Assembly (NCBI GenBank): GCA_038087875.1
Contig: CM075996.1
Coordinates: forward strand, 808,001-868,000
Direction of reading: 5' to 3'
From: Malacoraja senta
Lineage: Eukaryota
Length of the DNA stretch: 60,000 nucleotides
Shown here: positions 37,980 to 51,370 of the stretch, piece by piece
Position numbering within the stretch: position 1 is the first letter of the stretch
Layout: each line of letters begins with the position of its first letter
Notes under the pieces: generated by a model
Database searches by the model: none
Seen by the model: only the letters and a program-made list of their open reading frames with translations
What the model was told of the DNA's origin: nothing
Position numbers and translations under genes: made by a program

Positions 37980-40406
37980 ACACAAACCCTGGGGCTGCTG
38001 GTTCAAATTATGCAAATTCTGCTTGGGGTTCTGGATCATCCAGCACTGACCTCAACCACGGCTGGGATAAGTTAATCGTAGACGGGTCTGATATGGAGGC
38101 TTGGCCTTGCATCACAGGCAGAGACTCTGAGTCGGCTTCGGAACACGTAGATAACGAAGGTGCCTCAAACCTTAGCTCTGAGAAGAGCCTGCCACCTGGA
38201 AGTGGCGCTGCCAGGAATTGCAAAGGAGCTGCAAACCAGTTTGCTGCTGGGAGCGGAAAGAATGAATGTAAATTGGGGGCCTGGAACATGGGCCTTGTGC
38301 CTAAACCCAGTCACGCATCTTCCATCTCTTCGGAGAGCAAAGACGGACTTAACAATTGGAAAAACTTGAGCAGCCCTGATGGAACTGGCCTTGGGTTGAC
38401 CTTGAACCCAAATATCAACCCATCGGCCTGGCCAGTATTGGGCCAGGAGGGCACTTCTGGAAAAGGTACTTTGGAGACGGACATTTCGAGCTCCAGTGCA
38501 CAACTTAGTGCAGTAGGTCAAAGCCCTAGGGATCAGGATGGTACTTCTACAAGCGCCTGGGCAAAACAGTCTAAAACGGAAAATGCGGGTGTTACATGGA
38601 ATGCTTCTGTTGGAGAACAGCCTCAAGCTCTTAACACTGATGGACCAAATAATGGCGACACTAACTCTTTGAATGCAAGCTCACAGAGCACCGGGAACCC
38701 TTTGCAAAATAAGGGAGTGTCTGAAACAACAGGGAATGGGACCTGGAGCATGCCCTTAGGAATGAGTTTGGGAAACCCCTTGGTATTGAATCAATCTGTG
38801 AGCACTGAAGCCTCATCCGAAGGCAGTATTAGAGGAACAATGGAGGGACGGGCAACTGGGGGTTCTTGGAATACAGTTTGGGGATCTTCTGGAACCGATT
38901 CCATTTCTGGACAAAATGGTACAGGAGCTGATGGCAATAATGGACGCAGTGGCGATGATGCAGCAAAAAATGGCTCTGGTATGAAACAGTTACTGGTGAA
39001 TAGATCAAGAACTGAATCATGGGACAATAATGGTGGATCCTGGGACTCTGAGACACAAGACCCCAACAAAGCAAAAAATTGGGGTAAAGGGAACAGAACA
39101 GCATCTGGTAGTGCTCAGGGTTTATGGGGTCAACAGCCAGGGACTGATAACCGGTCAGAAGGAGATTGGGTTGCCTCTACTAATGAACAGAATTGTGGCA
39201 CAGGCGGATGGGACAATCACAGGGTAAATCCCCCCCCAGAAAACCAAGGAGAGAATGCCCAAAATTCCAGCTGGGTAAAGGCCTCTAGTTCCACTGGGAG
39301 TGACTCTGGTAGTCGAAACAACAACAAAAAAGGAGGCTCTGACAACCACCCAGGAGGACGGCGCTTAAACAAGGCTGATCATCCTGACCAAGAGGAAGTA
39401 TTGCAAACTGTAATAAACAGGGCTGATCTAGACCCAAGGGTGCTGTCAAACACTGGGTGGGGCCAAACTCAGATAAAGCAGAACACAACTTGGGAAGTCC
39501 AGGAGTCACCCAGGAATGAGAGGCGCACTGACAAAGGAACAGAAGGGTGGGAGAACACTGCCACTCAGAGCACTAACTCAGGGGGCTGGGGCGAAGGGCC
39601 CAGTCAAACCAGTCGCTGCACCTCTGGGTGGGGAGATGCTCCCCAGTCTTCAAACATGGAGTGGAAGGATTCAAAGACTCCAAGTGGATGGGTGGACCCA
39701 AAGAACAGTCAAGGTTGGGGAGGTGGAACACCAGAAGAGAAAGCACCATCTTGGAATGATGGGCCTAGAACCAAGGAACCGGGTTGGGGTGCAAGGCAGC
39801 AACAAACGCAAGGATGGCCTGCCAATAATGGCTGGGGTGATGGAAGTGGACAGCCAGCTGAGCAACCAAAAGCAGGTGGCTGGGACAGTTCAAACTCGAG
39901 ATGGGGTGAAAGTGGCCGTGGTGATGTAGGATCTTGGAGTGGTGGCAGTAGTTCTAATACTAATCAAAGAGGTGGGTGGGAGGACCCCACAAGACACCAG
40001 GGATGGGGTGAGCCATCCAAAGCAACCACTTCTAATTGGAACAAGCAGCAAGAGGTATCTGGTTCCTGGGGCACCGCTTCTGCTAATAGCCGACAGTCTG
40101 GGCCAGGTTGGGGCTCAGCACCTGTGCCACCGATGCCCTCTTCAGCTGTCCCACCTGCAACCATCCCAACTTTGCCAAAGGAAGAAGAATCTACTGGATG
40201 GGAAGAGCCTTCGCCGCAATCTATCTCCCGAAAGATGGAGATTGATGATGGCACCTCAGCCTGGGGTGATCCCACTAGCTACAATTATAAGAATGTGAAT
40301 CTGTGGGACAAAAACTCTCAAAATGATAGCTCTGGAAGTGGGCCGATACAACGGGAGCAGAATGCATCAAGTGCGGTTACAGGACGAGGATCCACATCAA
40401 GTTCTG
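37980..40406 (+). CDS. TNRC6B: TNRC6B large GW/WG-repeat exon (2427 nt), Argonaute-binding region
   Basis: poly-T tract then ctag|ACACAAAC...AGTTCTG|gtaagc; core of the 864-aa ORF; many GW/WG dipeptides, [40 protein letters not shown]. Confidence 0.96.
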
Positions 40407-43400
40407 GTAAGCAGTTACTTGCAAATTCTTCCCCTTTTAATTATTATTTGATGATCGTTGTGTTCCATATTGCACTGATGTTGAAAGGAAGCTGAGAGTG
40501 AAGTGAGATTCTCTGTAGATGTTTTTTTACATGGCAGCTTTTTTACTACAGTGAAGTATTGTAGGATCTGTCTTTCTCGATTTTCTTGTGGTAAAATATC
40601 TTGTTTTCGCATGGGATGGAATTGCTAACTACAAATGCCCTGACAATATTGGGGATGGTTTATTCTCAATTGTAAAGCCACATTGCATTCCCATCTCATT
40701 CAGTTCTTTATGCATGGTAAAGTACTTTTGGCCATTGTTGAAAGTAATTTTGTTGAGTCATCATTTGTTTAAAAGGACGACTTTTAAACAATTCCCTTTG
40801 AGAGGCCATGCTGTGTATGCAGTGTGTTAAATTTGAATGAAGAAGACCCTTCTTTAATTTTGTCTACCTGACATGTCAAATTTGCTAAAGAGTTTAACTT
40901 TTTTTAATCATGTCTAGTATGGTGATCTGAACTATCCTTCCCTGCAGCATTTTCAGCAGTTGATTTGCCCTAATGTGCAGCTTATATTCAACAGATGGAG
41001 GCAAACAATCATAGATTAAGACTGTGTGGCATTTCTCTGCACTCCTGATGCATAATTCTAAAATGTTTTTTCCATCTTTACATCCCCATAAGTTATTCTC
41101 TGACCAGACACATTTTCCAAGAAATTATAATGTAACAACAAGGAACTACAGATGCTGGTTTACCAGATGACCCGCTGAGTTACTCCAGCATTTTGTCTTT
41201 GAAGGAAATTATTCCAGGACTAATTTCAGCAACACCCAAGTAGGCAATGCTCAGTTCTGAAACAGATGAATGTGGTTTCCAATTTTTCTCAGAGACAGGA
41301 GCACTAACATCTAGGCCAACGTTCCTTTACAGCACTGTGGGGGTTCTCTCTTTATTAAAAGGCATATAACTGAGGTCTCATCTGCTTTCTCACGTAAAAG
41401 ATCTCATGGCAAGTTTTTAATGAAACGATGAGGTGATGTCCCCAGTGATAATCATCCCAGTCAATATCAGCAACACAATTCATCCAATGATGACTTTGCT
41501 GTTTGTGGGAGGTTTCCATGTATAAATTGCATATTTGCTGTAATTTCCTGGATTATAACAGCGGTGACACTTCAAAAGTAGTCATTGCCCCAAAATACTG
41601 CACATTCTGAAAGGAACGTGGAAGACTTTGTAGACGTTTTGGTTGCCCTCTCACAATATTAGCTGACAAATTATTTAATTTGTTATGACTACCTTAATTT
41701 GCATTGATCACCTTGTAACGTAGATATTTTTCCAGTTTTTAGTACAAAATGAATTGTAATAAATTTGATAGCTGTTCACCCCAAGGGGTCTCCCCTATTT
41801 TCTTGACAATGGATTGCATTAATTTTGTTTGTGATCTGTGCTTCAATCTAAGAAACTTTAAATACGATTGTTGCCCTTGTATGAATAACTACTTTATGCC
41901 AGCTCTCCCATCTTCCAAATTACAATTGAGTTACTGCCCTACACGGAAACTTGGCAGCGGGTGCAGTCTGATGCCAGGAAGTCCAGATTGCAGTTTATGC
42001 ATACACAGACTTCTTTGTATTGTACAAGTTGTACCTCCCCTTGCTGGGAAAAGAATCTCTGGATTTCATAAGAATGTTACAAGTTTCTATCTGATCATAA
42101 TAACCAACAGAAGAAATCCTTGTTTTTGGAATCTTGAGTTGGTGTGCATTTTGATTAAACAAAGTGAACCTAATTGGAAGTGTGCTTAAATCTGAGTCAG
42201 CATTCTACTTTGGGATATTAACAAAACACTGTGGAAAGTATAACTGATTCCTTCTGGTCAATGGAAGATCCTTTAAAATGATTTTTCAAAAATGTTATTA
42301 ACATGGCTTGCTTCCAGTTGTTAGCTGACAGCAGTGCTCACAACTTTGACCTTAAAATACAAACAGCACCCTTGGATTTGGCTGTGTTAGCTAAATGGAA
42401 AGATCCTATCTTTCATGTAACGTGCTTGTCTAAAGTATTTCCTTTAACAATGGTGACCATTGCAAGCTGACTTTATTTTTCTGGTGCATTGTCTGCAGTT
42501 CCATAGGGATACCCAACGTTGGTTTCCTAAATATCAGCACTCTGCAGTGCAGTTGCAAAGCAGCAAGCGAAACTTAATGCCCCGTTATAAAGGTGAATGG
42601 GAAATGAGTGTTTCATTTGAGCCACTGCCATACCACTTTTTAAATTTTTTATGGGGTTTAAAATAGTTGCTGATAAGAGCAAAAGTAGTGAATTAAACCT
42701 ACATCTGTACGTCTGCAGGACATTCAGGTACTTTTTTTCCAATCTATATTTGTGCCTATTCAAATAGAGATTTGATCTCATATTTTGATATGCCTCTGAC
42801 TGACCGATTCAACATGCATCAGGTAAATAAAACGTATTTCAGTTTCACTTATCGGGTCACTTCAGAGTGAATGTAACTGAGCCGAGCAGTACTGTCTGAA
42901 GGGAGCTGGGATGGGAGGGTAAATGCAGGCTGGTGGAAGGGAATTGGTTGTTGGAGTTTAGGGCAGGTCATGCTACAGGGAATGAAGGACGTGTTGGGTG
43001 CTAATTGCTAGCTGAGAGTACTGGGGAAGGGCATTGCTGACTAATGTCGTGGAGAAAGCAGGATCTGAGCATTGAATCCATGCCAGAACGGCAACAAATA
43101 GTACGACGGGTTTAGCAAATTTTGCAGAAGGTATTAAGGATTTGCCCCTGGTCTAAATGTTAAAATTCCAGCTATTTCAGTTGTCGACATTCAAACGTTT
43201 TTTTCCATTGGCTGAATGATTTGAAAACCTAATTATCGACAATGAGAAACAAGCCGATTTATTTGTGGCTGCCATTCATTGGTTTGCCCCACAGCTTTAA
43301 TCCCAAACTGCTCACCTGAAAGACCATTGGATAAGGGCTTGTTTGTAAGGCCAAACATATATAAAGCTGTTATTTTCCATCACCAAAACCACATTCAAAA

Positions 43401-44508
43401 ATAGCCACTTGAGCAATCTGCTTACTGGAAGGCTTCCAGGATACTCAATCGTACTGTGTTCCTTTAAGGAAAATATATTTCCTGCAATTGCTGCATTTTG
43501 TCCTCTGCTGGTAAATAAATTACAGCAACTTAGCGTTTGGCGTGTAATACGTGAATTAGATGAATATTGTACGACACTGACTATCCTACGACCGAATGAG
43601 TGACAGATTGGAACTGAGCTCGGTGTACTCCATGTGCAGGAAGCCACGTGAGTAGAGCAATGACTGTTTATGTAAAAGGAGCTGTAAGCTTTAAAATCCA
43701 ATAAAACTTGGAATTTTAATCTCAAGTTCCAGTGAAGATAATTTTGCCTGTTTTCGATTAGACACTTTCAAACGCAGCTCGACAACAGACTACCACTTTT
43801 AATTTGGAAATTTCTGGAATCCATGGATTTGAACTTCATATCGTGACACTATTTTCCTGTCCATTGCTTAATCTTTTAACAAGGCTCCTGGATTCAATAT
43901 TGTACTGGTGTTTACCTTCAGTGAGCTTGAATAATGTAGTTGCATCAGTGAGGTTGGGGATCCCTGATAACATGCTGTTTCTATTTACTTGATCTACAGA
44001 AATACTAAACAGGAAATGTTTTAATTGTACTGCTTAAAAGCCAATTCAGGATTTAGGACAGATGCCAATGTTTTGTGCACCGAGAAATATGTTTGTTTAT
44101 AGCTGTGTGTAACTTTCCCTTTTAACTTTGATTTTGTTATCATGCTTTCAAACAGCTGATTAATTGTTGCGGGGATTTTTTTCCTTTTCTCAGTTGTCCG
44201 CACTTGATACTCACTGATATAGGGCCTTTCTGTTCTGTCTCAGTTATTAAAAGGTTGACTAACCATGAAGCTGTCTTCAGTGATTTTATTTTTTGCTTGA
44301 AAGCTTATTTATAAAAAATTGTTTTAAATCCTTACTTTCTGAGTCATTCCCTAGTTAGTTCTAGGAATCTTTGATTTACTTGCCAGTTTGAGGCAGTAAA
44401 CAAGCAGTCATGTTTGTGTTATTTAACATTTATTTTATAGTGCCTTCAAATTGCTAAGGAAAAAGAAAACGTAACAATTATGTAAAATACTGAATATAAA
44501 TTTTTCAG

Positions 44509-44693
44509 GTTCAAAATCAATGCAGGATGGATGGGCAGGTGGTGATCGACCTACTGTGGCAAATACTCGTCCCCCAAGCTGGGAAGAAGATGATGATAAT
44601 TCAATGGGCCTGTGGAACAGTACTGGAACTCAGGAGAGTAGTTCACCCTACAACTCAGCTAACTGGTCCTCAGGCGGGAAGAAAAATCACAAG
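44509..44693 (+). CDS. TNRC6B: TNRC6B coding exon (185 nt)
   Basis: tttcag|GTTCAAAATCAATGCAGGATGGATGG...CACAAG|gtaaga; GSKSMQDGW...PSWEEDDD...GGKKNHK. Confidence 0.94.
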
Positions 44694-45031
44694 GTAAGAA
44701 AGGAAAAGTTCTGTGAAAATAAGCAGTTCGCAAAGTGCCTTCTCATTTTTGGGAACTTGGTGCCAGAACGGTGTTCAGACAGAAGTCAAGGCAGCGTATT
44801 GCTCTGTGTGGCATTCCCTATGATGATAGTCAGTTCTTGGAAACTTTGATTTACTTGCAGGTTTGAAGAAGTGAACAAGCTGTAATATCTGTGCGATTTA
44901 ACCTCGATATTTGATAGTGCCATTGAATGACATGCATTGTCAGTCAAAAAAAAACTTTTTGCCGGCCCTGATTGGATCTGGCCTTTTCTCGCCTCCAGTT
45001 TATTTTTCCTCCTTCCCTACACCTCTACTTC

Positions 45032-45128
45032 CAGTCTGAAGAAAGGTTCCAACTCGAAACATCACTTATTCTTTTTCTCCAGAGATGCTGCCTGACCCAT
45101 TGAGTTACTCCAGCATTTTGTGTCTATC
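45032..45128 (+). repeat. PLE terminal repeat, degenerate hammerhead core
   Basis: cagtCTGAAGAaaggttccaactcGAAAcatcac...gagttactccagcattttgtgtcta. Confidence 0.82.
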
Positions 45129-45486
45129 CTCGAAGAAAACCTGGCAATAGTGAGAGGGGTGGGAAGCTTTGGGAATACATCCAATTTACTGTAATCTGAA
45201 GGGAAAAAAAACACCTCGCGATCTGAGGTAATGTTAACATTGTAACAATCTAACTTGTTTGCTAGCCAACTTCCTGGGCACCTTCCGGTCTTTCAATTTT
45301 CCAACATAACGGTTTCATAAATCCATTTATAGTTACGATAGCTCAAAACCCCGATCTAACAAGTTTTGTAGGGTGCAGTGGGGGTGGGTGGGGGGTTGAC
45401 AAGAGAGAGTTCTGTCTTGAACAAATCCAAATTATTTTTAGATTCACAACATGTGGTTGTGCAATTTCCTCAGTGCAAATTTATAG

Positions 45487-45710
45487 TTCAAGGTCAAGGG
45501 TCAGTTTATTGTCCCATATACCAATTAAGGTACAGTGAAACTTGATTACCATACCGCCATACTAAAAAAAGCAACAAGACACACAACTACATAAATGTTA
45601 ACATAAACATCCACAACAGCGGATTCCACATTCCTCGCTGGGAATAAAGTCTAATCTTCTTCCCTCTTTGTTCTCCCGTGGTCGGGGGAATCGAACCATC
45701 CGCAGTCGAT
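45487..45710 (-). mobile_element. Truncated copy of the 14765-15445 element
   Basis: gtcagtttattgtcccatataccaattaaggtacagtgaaa...aacatccacaacagcgga...ttgttctcccgtggtcgggg. Confidence 0.75.
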
Positions 45711-46301
45711 GAAATAGTAATGAAGTTTTAAAGAAAATGATTTAAAATGCTAAGTTCATGTTATTTTTTGAAATTGTGCGACATTGTTATTCTGTCTCCA
45801 TGTCTGATTTGAATCATTAGTACTGCTAAAAATTATATACTTTTGGTCATAGTAGTCACTATGTAGAGTTTGTTCTAGTTTAGCAGTAAGCAGATTGCGG
45901 CGACTTGCTGTGAGATAATCTATCATCCGTATCCCAGCACTGTATAAGTGCAAACTAGAACTAAGCAGTTGCTACCTAATAGCAGTGAGAATATTCCTCC
46001 AGTACTTTTTTCCTTTGAATTTTTCTGAGCTGTAACACCCAACAGTCTGCATCTATTTCACACTTGTTGCCATTAAATTGATGGCTTGTTTCAATTTCAA
46101 TTAGAAAGGGCTGACTTCTGGCAGCCCCCTCTGTTACAGGCAAGTTGCATTTCTAGTAATCGGCCTGCACTGTGATTTTCTGTGACACAAAATTGCATTA
46201 GCTGCCCATATGTTAGGAAATGCAAATTTAACAATAATAAAATGTTGTGTTTAGTTAAAAGCTACCTTTTTCCTTCAGCACAAACTCTGAGAGAGAAAAT
46301 T

Positions 46302-46411
46302 TTATTCTGCTCCTCAAACTTTTGGGTGGTGATTTGTGAAGGGCAAATTTCTGTAGCGCAAATGGCTATAACGCAAGATTTGCCTGCATTGTGAAGAAAT
46401 GGGAATTCTGT
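46302..46411. repeat. 110-bp direct repeat, copy 1
   Basis: Matches 48017-48126 with 5 substitutions and no indels. Confidence 0.95.
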
Positions 46412-46559
46412 AGTTATATCTTTATGACAGAGGAAATAAGAGCAGATAGGGTCATATGGGCCATCAAGTTTGCTGCACCATTCAATGCCCAAAGGTCTAT
46501 CCCACTCGGTGCTCTAAAGCATGTTACATGTTCCAAAAAGATTATCTTGCATGCAAGTA

Positions 46560-47630
46560 AATCCCAGTAATGAGACCTTTACTGCAATTGAGGGAGCTTA
46601 TTTCCATAAGGTGTTTGACAGTGCCACATCAAAGGCTGTTGCACAAATAAGAGCTTGTGATGCTGAGAAATGTGTGTTAATGGGTTTTAAAAACTGATTA
46701 TCATTCATTGGTATAAATGTCTTTTTCATGCTGGAAGTGTGTAAATAGTGGAAGGCTCTTGTCGCTTGATCATTTTGTATCTACATTGATGATTTGGAGG
46801 AGGGGGGAGTACAAGGCATTAGAATTTTCTGATGACGTGAAAAATGGTTGGAGGGCATGCTGTTATGAGGATATTTATTACTCTGCTGTAGGACATATCT
46901 TGAGTGAGTGGTAGAAACTTGGCAAATGGAGTTTAACAGGGGGAAGTGTGAGGTCTATACTTTGGAAAGAAGAAATTAAGGAAATCTATTATCTAATTGC
47001 AAATGAGTGAAGTAGAAAGAGGTCTGGGTATTATTGTGCATGAATTGCAAAAGGTTAGTAGGCAGCTGCACCAAGTAGATAGGATGGCCTTTATTGCAAG
47101 TGATTTGGAGTTTAGAAATAGAGTAATATCATTATAATTGTACAGGATAATGGTGAGGTTTCATTTGAAATACTGCATTCAATTTTTGTTTCCTTATGTA
47201 AGAACAGTTTACCAGCATTAAAGCTGTCCAAAAATATGTTCATTTTTAATCATGGGGTCTGCGGATTGTCCTATCACAAACGTTCTTTTGTTAGAAGAAT
47301 AAGAGTGATCTTATTGAAAGATATGATCTTCAGAGTGCAGGGTCAGATGTTAAACTGTTTCCATTATTCAGAGATGTTGAAGCTTGGGGATATTGTTACA
47401 GGATAAGGGGATGCCAATTTAAAACTGAGGTGCAAGGAATTGTTCTTGTTGAACTTCATGGAATTATCTACCACTGGGAATTGTGGGCTTGATTCACTGG
47501 AGGTTTTTAAAGAGTATTTAAAGGGAACTGAGGGCAATGTGGATCAGGCACAGAAGAGGAGAAACAGCTTGGGACAGATTAGGTGGAGTTTGTCTTGAAT
47601 GGTGGAGTTTGAGTTGATCCATTCTGCTCC
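46560..47630 (+). mobile_element. Old, heavily degraded CR1 fragment; boundaries approximate
   Basis: Remnants such as tttccataaggtgtttgacagtgccacat, ttttctgatgac, tggcaaatggagtttaa, ggtgaggtttcatttgaaatactgcattcaattttt. Confidence 0.65.
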
Positions 47631-47646
47631 TGTTTTCTGGGAGGGG

Positions 47647-47843
47647 GCCCCCTTCCCAGTTCTCCCACCAGTCTTACTGTCTATCTCTGTCCCCCCACTC
47701 CCCTGACATCAGTCTGAAGAAGGGTCTCGACCTGAAACGCCATCCATTCCTTCTCTCCAGAGATGCTGCCTGTCCCACTGAGTTACTCCAGCATTTTGTG
47801 TCTACCTTCGATTTAAACCAGCATCTGCAGTTCTTTCCTACAC
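47647..47843 (+). repeat. PLE terminal repeat
   Basis: Near-identical to 28285-28494; CTGAAGAagggtctcgacctGAAAcgcc. Confidence 0.88.
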
Positions 47844-48016
47844 ATAGTGGCCTGTGGTACCTGTTTGGTTCATTGGGTAAAATACTCTTGCTGCATGATT
47901 ATTAATTTTGTATCAAAATTGATGATAAACCATGAGGAAGCATTAGTTTAAATGTATACGTATCACCCATGATAATGTGTGTCCTGTAATTTCAGAAAAT
48001 GGGCTTTCATTTTGGA

Positions 48017-48126
48017 TTATTCTGCTCCTCAAACTTTTGGGTAGTGATTTGTGAAGGGCAAATTTCTGTAACGCAAATGGCTATAACGCAAGATTTGCCT
48101 GGGTTGTGAAGAAATAGGAATTCTGT
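48017..48126. repeat. 110-bp direct repeat, copy 2
   Basis: Matches 46302-46411. Confidence 0.95.
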
Positions 48127-48451
48127 TTTTTCATTTAGGAAGATTTAGGTTACTTTTTTGCAAAAAAGCATTGAGGATTAAAAATATATAAATGGTGAAG
48201 TGATCCTTTATGTGACCCATTCCATGAAATTTGACAAAATGGTAAATACTTGGGGTACTTGCACGATCTTGAGGAAGAAATAGCAGACACATTTAACTCA
48301 GCTGAATGATCTGATTGGATTAATGAGAGACTATTACCATCAGAAATCTGAAGAAGATTAGAAAATCCACAGCAATAGTGTCTGAAATAAGAAGACAGCT
48401 CAATATTTCAACTCTGACGATTACTCTTGTTTCACTGCCTCTTTCCTCCAG

Positions 48452-48526
48452 GGCTCCATGAAAGGTGGGAACAATGAGGCATGGATAAACCCCCTCTCTT
48501 CGCAATTTTCCAAAATGGGATTACTG
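48452..48526 (+). CDS. TNRC6B: TNRC6B coding exon (75 nt)
   Basis: ctccag|GGCTCCATG...TTACTG|gtaaga; GSMKGGNNEAWINPLSSQFSKMGLL. Confidence 0.92.
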
Positions 48527-50134
48527 GTAAGATCAGTTTTACTGAACATGCTGAAGCCTTGATGTACTGCTTTGCCAGTTAAGTTTATCACATTAAGCCA
48601 ATTACTGATTAGCCTTATCACCGTAAACGTCATGAAAAAATAGTTTTGTGACAAAAAATAGACTGAAATGATCTGCAATACAAGTTAAACAGAAAGTCAC
48701 TGCAAACTTATTTCCTATTACAAAAAATGTGTTGTTTATTTGTTGCAATGCAAACTGCACAGCAGAAGACAACCACAAGCTTTAATGTGCAATTTACTTC
48801 CTTTGCATTGTCCTCAATTTGTTACCTCAAATTGCACCGACACTATTGCCACCACTAGTATTATGTCTTTACGCTGTAGAACTTTAACCTGGTGTTATAT
48901 AGCACAAAATGTAACATACTCGATCTTGCTGCAGCATAAATTTAGATGGAAAGGATCGATAATTATGCCACTGGGTGCTTTTAACCGTCCAAATGGACTA
49001 CATATAAGAATACAGTGATCCAGGACGATTTATACAGCTCATTTTGGTATGTTTTCTACTGCAGCCAACGCAACCTCTATGTCACAAGAGGCTTAGAGTA
49101 ATGAGCCTTGGTCAGCAGAGGCTTAATGTTGTAAATTACACACACTAATCCTAGTGACGACATTGGGATGACATGATCTGCAGTTCTGTTATGATTATGG
49201 CATCAAGTTCAGAAACTGTAAAATGTTGCATTGGGTCATATTTGTTTATTGATTCCTCAAGTCCCTTACATGACAGATAATTTGTAATCTTTACCATTAA
49301 ACTTTACTACCATAATCTGTCTTAATACCTCGCAAGCCAGCTGCGCTCCGGCAATATATAACATAAAGTGCCAATGTTGGGTTACAGCCAACATTTATAT
49401 ATTTTTAAAACAGTCTTTAAAATGATTGGTGTTATTTTATATGTTTTGTGGTTATCCCTAGGGATTACAGCTACTAGTTTTCAGCCCTGAGGTTTGATGG
49501 GAGACACCAATATTAATTGTTGCTAGGAAAAAGAGCTAAATACACAGAGAAATTTGAGTTTCTTGGGAGGGTAGGATTTGTTATATATTGCATAAAAGGA
49601 GAAGAAGCAAATCTGTAAGGTTTTTGTTATGTTTACCAATATGTTTTTTAACCTGCTTACCATTTAATTCAGCTATGTCCAGAATGCAATTTTTCAATAA
49701 AGATTGCAAATTAGTACACAGATGCTTATTAGTGTATTTTACACTACAGTATTTTTTTACTAATCTGTGCTTTAAATAAGCTAAGGAGTTAAATTAGAAA
49801 TGTCTGGAGTTTTAAAAAAAAACTGGAAATCTATTCCATTTTAGAACACTTAAAAGTGAATGGTACATAGGTTTGTTGCTTAATGATCACCTTTTCAACT
49901 GGAGGTCAAATTCAACTCTAACAATTGGATAAAACTTTTTCCTCTTTTGCTGAATTCTGAGCAGACAGAAATGTGGAGCCTAAACTGCAGAACTAGATAT
50001 GTCAAACATTTATACTTCCTACAGTTTCTGAGGATAGCTGTGGGTAAAATAAATCTAGCAATGAGTGGGCTCCAGGAAACTGATTTTTAAGTTGCCTATT
50101 ATCTGCATTCATTGTGTCATTGTTCTATTTGCAG

Positions 50135-50183
50135 AGGGAGTCTTCCGAAGACAGCGTTGGTAACAAAATGGACTTAACTGTTG
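50135..50183 (+). CDS. TNRC6B: TNRC6B coding exon (49 nt)
   Basis: ttgcag|AGGGAGTCT...ACTGTTG|gtgagt; RESSEDSVGNKMDLTV(G). Confidence 0.88.
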
Positions 50184-51044
50184 GTGAGTATTAAACGGGA
50201 TATAGATGATTTATTTCAAGCAGATAAATGATTGTAGCTCTGGTACCTGTGATAAATTGCAGTCTTATCGAGTGAAACGCTGAGTTTGAAAATTGATGCG
50301 ATTACAATCTTAGTACTGATTGCTGATTTTTATCAGGATACAGTTCAGACTTCAATCAAAGCAGAAAAAGAAACATCTGATGCATCCATGTTTTCTGTTT
50401 TTATTTCAGATTTCAGCATCTGCAGTTTTTGTTTTGATTTTCTGGCTTTAATCACTTTCCCTTTTCTTCAATTGAAATCATAAAGTAAGATGGGTCAATC
50501 TTTAAGAATAAGCAAGCCGCCTGCAGCCTATTAATAATAATGGTATCAATACATAGGACAATGCACTCCAATTTTTCAGAAATTTGCTTACTTGTGTAGG
50601 AAGGATAGATTGCAGATTACTGTGAGCATTGGGGTACATCAGGTTTGTTGGTAGTTATTGCAAGAGTTTTGAGCAAAGGTTTTGTGGAGAGTGTACAGGA
50701 TTTTGAGGCTGCAGCAGGAGTTCTGTGGGCAATTTTGGTATCTGTACCTAATGAGAGAGTATATTTCATAAGATAGGCACAAAATGCTGGAGAGGTTATC
50801 TTTGCCTTGAAGTCCGTGCACTGGATTGATTCTCGGGATTAAGAGAACCTGGCTTGTATCTGGGTTTAGGGAGAATGAGAGGTGATCTGATTTAGATGTA
50901 CCAGATTCCAAGAGTGACGAACAGTATCAATGCTTGGAAGCTGTTTCCACAGTCTAACAAATGTAGAATTTGGGGAACAGTCTCAGAATAAGTGCTAATT
51001 TTGGGCAAAAAGTAAAATCTTTATATGCTATAAGTCCTAGAAAT

Positions 51045-51189
51045 AAAAGGACACAAAAATTTGGTGCAACTCAACGTGTCGGGCAGCATCTATGGAAAAC
51101 TTGGATCCATGTTCCCCAGAGATGCTGCCCGACCTGCTGAATTACTCCAGCACTGTGGGTCCTTTTGTGTAAACCAACATGTGCAGTTC
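51045..51189. repeat. Fold-back (inverted pair) PLE terminal-repeat remnant
   Basis: aaaaggacac...gtcgggcagcatct...gga|tcc...agatgctgcccgac...gtcctttt plus tail tgcagttc. Confidence 0.75.
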
Positions 51190-51370
51190 TGATTTTACTT
51201 CTTTGAAATCTTCAACTCCCTAGGGCTATGGATGTTGAAATGTTAAGTACATTTAGGCTGAGATTAATATATTTTTAAGAATAGAGGTATGTGGAGATCC
51301 CATAGGACAGTGAGCATGGATATTGAATGATGAAGCAGACTTGAGGACATGTCTGGCCTACCACTGTGTC

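Noticed and set aside
37901..40495. 864-aa ORF as a stand-alone gene
   Set aside because: Both ends are intron read-through (poly-T acceptor tract; donor at 40407). The real exon is 37980-40406.
42890..43080. G-rich stretch with several TGG triplets as the missing GW exon
   Set aside because: No [8 protein letters not shown]-like peptide, interrupted by stops, and no convincing splice sites.
43130..43800. Repeat-free, relatively CpG-retaining intronic stretch as a conserved enhancer
   Set aside because: Plausible but cannot be supported without a cross-species alignment.
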